Of a stretch of DNA of 64,000 bases, positions 55,703 to 64,000 are shown piece after piece (position 1 is the first letter of the stretch; every line of letters begins with the position of its first letter). Source of the DNA: Phaeosaccion multiseriatum (taxonomy: Eukaryota; Protista; Ochrophyta, other classes). The stretch is taken from positions 2,418,001 through 2,482,000 of the forward strand of contig OZ218952.1 in NCBI GenBank assembly GCA_965112735.1, in the 5' to 3' direction. The notes below the pieces were generated by a model. It searched no databases and was not told the origin of the DNA. It saw only the letters and a list, made by a program, of their open reading frames with translations. A program made the position numbers and the translations under genes.

Positions 55703-56129
55703 TCATACATTGACAGGGTTGGTGCTTCCGCCATTGTGATGCGGCCTGTTCCTCCCCTTGGAAAAGACTCGAATTCGCTGGCCCGGCTTCACCATACCAC
55801 AGGAGCCTCCCACCACCCCACGCCCGCCCGAAGGATCAAATGCTTCATTACCGCCACCACGGCCTTGTGACGCGGAGGTGATGCCTTCACTCCTCTTGGC
55901 AGCCGCAGCAGCTTTTCTACTCTCCCCCGCCCTGCGCTGCTTGGCATGCCCTCGCGGCACCTCGTCAAGGCCAGCAATGCCCAATCCTGCCTCTGACTGT
56001 GACTGTGAGCCTACTGATGTGCCTGGGGCTGGGGCTGCTGCGAAGCCCCCCCCCCTCGGCCCTCCTCGCCCCGCTGTGTCCGCCCTCCGGCTCACGTCGA
56101 TGGCGGGAGCACCATACCGCCGCCGCCGC

Positions 56130-56174
<45 letters not shown>

Positions 56175-58036
56175 GGCGGCGGCGGCGGAGACTTCTTCTG
56201 ATGCTGCTCCTGCTGATGCTGCTGCTTCAGCTGGCGGTGCCGGGAAGCTCTTCCTCCTCCCGCTTCTCCTCCCACTCCTCCTCCTGCTCCCCCTCCCGCT
56301 CCCCCTCCCGCTCCCCCTCCCGCTCCTCCTCTCACTCCTCCTCCTCCTCCTCCTCCTCCTCCTCCTCCTCCTCCTCCTCCTCCTCCTCCTCCTCCTCCTC
56401 CTCCGGGACCTCCTCCTGCTCCTCCTCCTCCTCCTAATCCTCCTCCTCCTCCTCCTGCTCCTCCTCCTCCCCGTCCTCCTCGTCCTCCTCCCCGTCCTCC
56501 TCTTCCTCTCCTGCCTTCCCTCCTGAGCACCTGCTGCTGCCGGCTCTGTGAGTGCTGCTGTTTGCCATCACTGCCCCACCCAGGCGAGTCGACTTGTCTT
56601 TCGGTACTGTGAGGCGAGGAGTGCGGCATGTGTTGCCCGTCCCCCCTCTCTCTCGTCCCCACCACCGGTGTGGTCTGCGCTCTTTGCCGGAGGGGAGGGG
56701 CCACGAAGACTTCCACTGCCCCTATTGTATTGCCACCGTGGGGCTCTCTCATGGACGAGGAGAGGCCCTGACAACGAGAATGAGGCGAGGGGGGGGAGAG
56801 TTCCTCCTTCTCCGTTCCTACAGCGGCTGAATTCATCTGCGCTCTCTTCTTCCGACCTCGACCGGCCCCACGCGCATCCTCAGCAGCACCTTTCTTTGCA
56901 GGGAGCGGCGATCTATTTCGCCCCGGCTGTGGCAGCGCTCTCAAAGAAGCATCATGGTCATCATCACTATCGGGACAACCGCTGCTGCTGCTGCTGCTTG
57001 CCCAATTGCGTTTCGTCAAGCCTCGTTCTCGTGCCCTTCTTTTCCTCCTCTCCCTCTTGCTCTCCGTCGTCGCTTGGCCTCCTCCGGTCGTCACTTCACA
57101 GGCTGGTGCTTCATCACCGGTTTCACTTGGGCTTACTCTTCGTCTTATCCCCCTCCTGCTGCTACTACTACTACTACTACTGCTGCTACTACTACTACTA
57201 CTTCTACCGTCATCCTCCAGCCCTGCAGCAATCCCTATCGTATCGACTTGCTGCTGCTGACGCACCTCCTGGTGTGCTTGATCCTGTTCTCTTCGAGTGG
57301 GGTCAAAAACTCCGCCCTCCCCTTCCCCACTTTTGGAAAGTGCAGCGGCGGAATCGACCCCCCGCCTCCTACGATCTCTAATGTTTTTCAGAGCACTGAC
57401 CCCTTGAACCTTACCCGTACAAATCATCGCTGCTTGCGCGCCCTCTGCTCTCGCTTCGGACCCCCCCCCTGCGGTTGCTACTGCTATCGAGCGATGGACG
57501 GGGTCCATTTCCTTCTCCCTTGCATCCGTCTCTTCCTCCTGCTCCCCTCCATTCTCTTCTCCCCCCCCCTCGTCACCACCCCTGTCACTGTCATCGCCGT
57601 CTTCTGTGCTCCGCCACCGCAGTGCTCTCCTGTCCTTCCGGGTCAGGCGGACACGCTGTGGAGGTACACTACCGCTCATATCCTCCTCACTGTCCTCATT
57701 CCAGCCATCGCTGCTCTCATAATACTCGTCCCGCGGGTTTGCCAGCCCCTGCCGTCTCCCGTCGCCTCCGTAACCCCCTGCCGCTACTTGTACGCCCCCC
57801 CCGCTGGTGCCACTTCTACCGCCGAACCTTCCCGCCTGCTGCATCTGCTGCTGCATCAGCTCGTCGTGTCGCCTCTCCCTCTCCTCCTCTTCCTCCGTCC
57901 TCCGAAGACCCTCCCGGACCAAATCGTTGAAGGCCTCGACACCTCCTTCGATGCCCCTCCAACTGCCATTCGAGCTGCGCATAGCCCGGATGACGGAGGC
58001 AGCATGGCTCCTGGAAGTGACTGCAACGCTTTCCAT
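55703..58036 (-). CDS. Hypothetical low-complexity, probably disordered protein; 3' end may be spliced
   Basis: 777-codon ORF; no recognisable domain. Confidence 0.55.
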
Positions 58037-58357
58037 AGCGTGGTCTTTCCTCCTCCTCCACAGTTCTCCCGCCAGCGGTGGGAGAAGAGGATCAGAAGAG
58101 AGAGAGGGAATCCGAGAGGCGAGTTCCGTTACATCGTTGACTTACGAAAAATCACGTTGATTTTTTTTTTTTTTTTGGGTGCTTCCACTTCCCCCAGAAG
58201 CTCTCTACCTTCATCAGCCAGCCAGAAGAGAATGTTAGGGCTGAGTCTGTGGGCCTCACGTCCCTCCCACCATCTCCTCGCGCTAAACGTTGGATTTGCG
58301 CAGCGTTGTGGGAAGAACTTGTCAGGGGGATGGAAGGTGTAGTCCAGTCGGCGAGCA

Positions 58358-61300
58358 ATGGGGGTGATCGGGGATGTGACGTTGCTGGACCACAAAGGGA
58401 GCGCCGGCTTTGCAGGAGGGGCTACCAAGAGGGGCTGCTCAAGACGGAGGGCCCAGCTGGTCGAAGCATTTCGCGGACCTGAAGACGGGCAGAGCATCAT
58501 CCGGGTGGGTTTTCGGATCCATTGCAAGCAAGACTTGCCCCTGAAAGGCATTTTATCTCGTTTGTTCCTGTTCACGGGTCTCTCTCTATCCTTGCCCTAC
58601 CCCTGACAACCTCTTCGCTTGTCGTGCATGCCAATCTCGCTTTTGCGTAGGTCACAGGCGAGGCCTGCACGGAAAACTACACGTAAGCCAAAGCGGGTCG
58701 GTAGGGCGAACCGACGAATGCTGCTGCACCCTCGCAAACACTCATTGGCTCGTTACTTGCTCACCCCCGTCCCTCGTCTCGCCCTTGCAGCTTTAGTACT
58801 CAGCCCGAGTCCGGGTGCAAGCTCTACGGCAGCTTCATCGCGCAAGGAAAGCTCTCAATAGGGACAGTGGAAGGCGCCTTCTCCATCTTGATTAGTGAGG
58901 CAAGCCCCACGGAGCTGGAGAGACTGTGTAAGGCGTTAATAGGAGCCCGCTGGAGACCGCCGCCAACGCAAGTAGCCGCCAGCGGAGCTGTCGCGTCGGG
59001 CAGAGACTCCTCCCAAAAAGTGAGACCAGGACCAGTGCCTCGTTGGGGAGCCCGGAAGCGTGCCCGTCCACCCTGCTCGGCACTCAACCCGAATAGCCTT
59101 TCCTCTCGGCCACAGCAGCAGCAACAGAAGGGGGGATCTGGTGTGAAAGCCAGCAGGCCAAGTGCGACCACGAGGGGCTTTTCCCCTCCACCCCGTACTG
59201 CTGCTGCTCCGCCTCCTCCTGCTGCTGGTGCTGCTCCTTCAGCTGCCTCTCAGGCTACTGCCGCTGTGCCACCAACTGACGACGCTGAGCTTCGCTTCAC
59301 ACCAGAGCAGCAGGGGGCCATCGACTCTGTGCTGCAGGGCAAGTCCATCTTTCTCTCGGGTTGCGCCGGGACGGGCAAGAGTGGAGTGCTCAAAGCCATC
59401 ATTCAGGCCGTCAAGGACGCCGGAAGAGGAGCGGGCCTTGTGACGACCGCTACCACATGGGCAGCAGGTGTGTGTGTGGGTGGGTCTAGGCAGAGAGTGT
59501 ATGGAGCGTTTGGGGGTGGGTGGGAGCATATTCCAATACGCATTTCAGAGAAGGGAGGGGAGGAGGAGTGGAATCGAGAGAGTGTGACTCCTCCACTCGC
59601 TCGTGATTTGATCGTCCTCGCTCCCTCCTTCACCGTGAAGAGAGTATAAAGTAATACTCAAACTCTCTCTCTCTGTTGTGCCCTTTCACAGCTGGCGAGC
59701 TCAACGGCACGACAGTGCACATGTTTGCTGGCTTGGGGGGTGGAGCGAGCGGGCCCAACATCAATCGGGAGGAGCTCGTGAGAGCAGTAAGGAAGAGGCC
59801 TGAGGTGGTGACCAGGTGGACGCGATGCCACACGCTCATCGTGGACGAGATCTCCATGATGGATGGCCACGTGCTGGAGCTGCTCGATTTCCTGGGGCAG
59901 CAGGTGAGGCAAGGGGGAGAGAGGAAGGAGGGAAGAGAGGCTGTTGCGTATCTTTACCGGGTAGTACTTGTACATGTAGCGTCGATGGAGCGACTAGGGG
60001 GGGTGTGGAAGGAAGTTGCACTCATGTAGTGTGTATGCAGGGTGCGACAGGGCGACCGACCTCCGAACCCTCTGTATCCCCCCACTGAAAAACGGAACCC
60101 CTTCGCCCCCCCCCTCCTCCTCCTCCTCCTCCTCCTCCTCCTCCTCCTCCTCCTCCGGGACCTCCTCCCTCTCCTGTCGGCAGATTCGGGGGAATTCTCG
60201 ACCTTTCGGGGGCATCCAGCTCGTGCTGTGTGGAGACTTCTTTCAGCTTCCGCCCGTCAAGGACGCGCAGCAGCAGGACGTCTTGTTCTGCTTCGAGACA
60301 AGGGCGTGGACCACCGCCGTGGAGGAGGTTGTCATCCTCTCGCAGGTACCCGCTGTAACCGTTGAAACCCTCACCTCGAAAGAGAGTGTGGCGGCGAGGC
60401 GAGAGAAAGAGGGAAGGGGATTGGGGTTGTCCGCTTTAGTCACCACATCAAACCTCTACGCCACTCTGCTTCCCTTCTCTTTTCGCCTGGTGACCTACTC
60501 TGACGCCTCTCATTCTCTTCGTCTCCCACTCTCTCTCCCTTTGCTCTATATCCGTGGCGATGCGCACCCTCCCCATCACACTCCTCCTCCTCTTCCTCCT
60601 CCTCCTCCTCCTCCTCCTCCTCCTCCTCCTCCTCCTCCTCCTCCTCCTCCTCCTCCTCCTCCTCCTCCTCCTCTTCCTCCTCCTCCTCCTCCTCATCCTC
60701 ATCCTCATCCTCATCCTCTCCCCTGTCTCTCTACTATCTATCGTTCTCCATCACCATCGTCGCAGGTGTTCCGGCAGAAGAACAAGGAAATGATTACAAT
60801 CTTGGAGTCTATCCGGTAAGGGCATGGTGTGTGGGCGTGCGTAGGACAAGATGGTGACTACACCTTCGCCCCCGTCTAGACTTGAGGGGAAGACCCCTCC
60901 CACTCTTGTTTGCCCTGCTGTGCCTCCCCGCCCGTCTTTCCTCATCCCCCCCCTTTCTGAGCCGGTACTCCTGTCCCCTTCGTGCCTTCTCGTCCTCCCC
61001 TTTACCTTGCTGCGTGTGTGCGTGCGTGTGTGCGCGCGCGTCCTTCCATCACTACCGCTCAAACTCCAGGTGGGGCGTCGTCTCACAGGTGAGTACGAGT
61101 TTTAATTCCTTCTTGCCAGCGGGACAAGGAGATCCCATTTATCGTGTTCGATACTGATAAGGTCACGTAAACTAAAACTGAAAACCGGGACGAAGAGTCT
61201 TCCGCCCGCACCCCCCCAGGGGCACGTTGTTCTAAGCACACCTTCACAAGAACACTCCCTCCACCCCTTTTCACAAGCAAACACCCTCTCTCTTCTCCTT

Positions 61301-62875
61301 CTACGCATACTCTCCTCTCCTCCTTTCCCTATTTTGTGGCATCACAGGAGGTGTTGCTCATGTTGCAGACCTGCCAGCAGCAGGAGAGGCACCGCTTGAG
61401 CAAGGAGGGGCAGGAGGAGGAAGCCAGAGACAGCGCCGCCGGTGAGACGCAGCTGCTGACGCACAGAGCGGACGTGGACCGCATCAACCAGGCGGAGCTG
61501 AACAAGCTCGCGGGCGACGAAGTGGAGTTCAGGTATGTGTGCCTGTGTGTGTGCCTGTGTGTGTGCGTGTGTTGGTAAATGTGTGCGTGTGGGTATATAT
61601 GTGCGTATGTGTGTGCGTGTGGGTACATGTGTGTGTGTGTGTTTGTGTGATCAATGAGCTCAGGGCAAATGTGTGCAATGTGTGTGTGTGTGTGTTTGTG
61701 TGATCTGTGGTGCGTGGGCTTGCCCTGAGCTCATTGATCTCTCCGTTGAATAAGACCGTCCAACCCCTGGCTCGTTGGTCGCTCTGCATGTACCTGTTCT
61801 ACTTGCTGCTGTCGTCATTCGGATCGATGGACCCACCACTCAGTGCCATCGACGAGGGGAGTCCGCATCACCGGCGGCAGCTCGACACAGCGTGTGTCAT
61901 CCCCAAGAAGATCAGCCTGAAGGTACGCCATCTGCACGGCACTTTATACCATTTCTCTTCAACCAAGTCACTCACTCACTCAATGACTCACTTACTCACT
62001 CACTCACTCACTCACTCACTCCCCTACTCACCCACTCACCCACGCGCTCACCCACCCCCTCACTCACTCATTCACTCATTTCCACTCTCTCACCGCAGCG
62101 AATATGCCTATCAGCACCCCAGAATGTCACTGTCTCTTCCTAAGAACAATGTACTCTCCTCGCCTTTGTGCCCTTCAATACCGCACGTGATGCTTGTCGC
62201 TTGGCTACTTGTCCTGCCTCGTCTATTCCCGTATAGGTGGGAGCAGAGGTGCTGCTGCACAAGACCATCAAGGCCAAGCGAGTCACCAAGGGGGCGCGAG
62301 GCGTCGTGGTCAGGTAAGCAGTTGGTGGTACAGCACGGACTACAAGATTGGCCATCGGGCAGGAATATGGGTGGTGTTCCATTTGGTCTGTTGTTCGAGC
62401 GCATCCATCTCACACCTCCTCCGCCTCTCCCTTGCACACACGCATGACCCCACATCTGCTGTGCACGCTCACGCTGCACTGCATTAGATTCACGGGTGGT
62501 ACGGCTGGGTCTAGGCTGCCTGTGGTGCGCTTCAAGAAAGGGGTGGAGGTGGTGATCGAAAAGATGGCGTTTCCCCTCTACGCCAGTGGAGGCTCTGTCG
62601 TGAGCGCTCGTCGGCGGCAACTGCCTTTGCAGCTGGCCTGGGGTATCAGCATCCACCGAAGTCAGGGCATGTCCCTCGATAAAGTGGCTGTGTCACTGCA
62701 GAGGGTGTTCGAGGCAGGCCAGGCCTACGTGGCCCTCAGCCGGGCAAGGAGTCTCAAGGGGCTGAGAGTGGTGGGGAAGATCAACCCGCGAGCCATTCGG
62801 GCACACCCCAAGGTTGTGGATTTCTATACCAAGCTTGGCTGCAAGCCTCCCTCGCCCGTCTCATCGTGGGCGTGA
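58358..62875 (+). CDS. PIF1: PIF1 5'-3' DNA helicase with N-terminal PINT-like region, multi-exon
   Basis: [28 protein letters not shown] (N-terminal domain), [70 protein letters not shown] and [37 protein letters not shown]. About 10 introns. Confidence 0.95.
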
Positions 62876-63207
62876 AACGCACACTGTGGCAATCGTTGGC
62901 TGCTTGCTTGCCTTGCCTTGGCCAAAATATAAAAAAAAAAAAAAAAAAAATCAACCCGCTACTAAGCACTTTCTCACCGTAACAATTGACATATGTTTTT
63001 CCAATTCAAACATCAAACATCGAGTCGGCGTGTTGAAAGAGTGGCAATAGGCAGCGGCAGCAGCAAGCAGTGCTGGACGTGAGATAAAGCCAAGGCAAGA
63101 CGCCGAAAGGGAAGTACAGAGAATGAGACGGTAGAAGGGGGACGACGGGCCTTTCTCCTGGAAAACTGGGCAGCTCTTTTGAAATTGCAAACTTGTCAAC
63201 TGCAAAC

Positions 63208-64000
63208 ATGGGGTTGGGTGTGGTTGATGGGGTTGATGGGGTTGAGGAAGGTCATCAGCAGCCGCACCGCGAGGAGAAGGAGGAAGAGGAGACCGTGCCA
63301 CAGGTCCAAGGTGAGCTCTGTCACATGGAGCAAGACTCAGAAGAGGAGACTCAAGCGCAGGTCCCCATGAAGGTTGGGGGTGAAGTCAGCAGTTTAGATT
63401 CCAAGCAAAACTCGGAAGAGAAGGACGAGACTGGGGATAGAGACGCAGCAGCAGCAGGAGGAGGAAAAGGGGCGGTGGGAGATCTTGATGCTGGCACGAA
63501 AGAGACAGATGAGGAGGGACTAAGCTCAGCGGAGGACGGGCAAGGAACAGCAAGTACTGCAGCAGTAGCAACCGAGGAACAGCGGCCTCCGAGCCATGCT
63601 GCGGCTGATCCGATGAGCACAGCGAGCGATGAAGATGATGACGGCAGAGCTGGTGCTGCCAAACTCTCCCATGGCGAAGCCGGGAAGGCTCCTGTGCCGT
63701 CCAAGTCTGTTGCTGATGATTCCTCTTCCGACGAGGGTGACGACAAGGCTGATGGGGAAGAGAAGAAGGGGGAGGAAGAAGAGCAGAAGGATAAGGATAA
63801 GGACAAGGAGGGGGAGGAAGAGGAAGTAGAAGAAGCATCGCAATCTCAAGCGAGCACCGCGGCAGAAGACGATACCAAGGCAGTTGGTGTTGGTCCTCCA
63901 TCTGAGACTGCTCTGGCAGGTGCACTTGCTCACTACCTCAAGCAAACGGCCGGGGAGGATACGAACGACACTATCAAGAGTCTGAGAGCGCTGATGGCTT
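63208..64000 (+). CDS. 5' part of an acidic low-complexity protein, possibly entering a DEK-C-like helical domain; runs off the window
   Basis: Frame open from ATG 63208 to the window end; D/E-rich, ending PSETALAGALAHYLKQ..DTIKSLRALMA. Confidence 0.55.
   Translation, partial: MGLGVVDGVDGVEEGHQQPHREEKEEEETVPQVQGELCHMEQDSEEETQAQVPMKVGGEVSSLDSKQNSEEKDETGDRDAAAAGGGKGAVGDLDAGTKETDEEGLSSAEDGQGTASTAAVATEEQRPPSHAAADPMSTASDEDDDGRAGAAKLSHGEAGKAPVPSKSVADDSSSDEGDDKADGEEKKGEEEEQKDKDKDKEGEEEEVEEASQSQASTAAEDDTKAVGVGPPSETALAGALAHYLKQTAGEDTNDTIKSLRALMA

Noticed and set aside
56954-58342. 462-aa plus-strand ORF
   Set aside because: Antisense shadow of the GC-rich 55703-58036 ORF with implausible composition.
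58129-58575. 148-aa minus-strand ORF
   Set aside because: Overlaps the PIF1 first exon on the opposite strand and has no recognisable motif.
58358-62875. PIF1 helicase as a Helitron RepHel linked to the Fanzor
   Set aside because: It has many introns, a cellular PIF1 N-terminal region and no HUH Rep motifs, and it lies more than 50 kb from the Fanzor.

Overview
Eukaryotic, intron-rich, microsatellite-laden genomic DNA, probably from a photosynthetic stramenopile (inferred from a signal peptide plus an ASAFAP-like plastid-targeting motif on an RPH1-like gene). Recognisable spliced genes: NAPRT (3' part), an EF-hand protein, a coiled-coil protein, an ARM+EF-hand protein, Aquarius (AQR), a TBC1D22/Gyp1-type RabGAP, RPH1-like, a MYND-finger protein, DHX16/PRP2, PIF1 and three hypothetical or partial genes. 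The main accessory feature is an intronless, decayed and rearranged Fanzor2 (eukaryotic TnpB-like RNA-guided nuclease) locus at about 4587-7170. It has two diverged 3' halves tail-to-tail, whose shared ~155-165 nt tails are candidate omegaRNA scaffolds. The window also holds a MITE family with 5'-TCGR termini and 6-bp target-site duplications (one copy inside the Fanzor), and an unexplained dispersed 14-mer, GTATCACCAACTGC (6 exact plus several near-exact copies). Exon boundaries were read by eye and are approximate. Homology calls come from motif recognition, not database searches.
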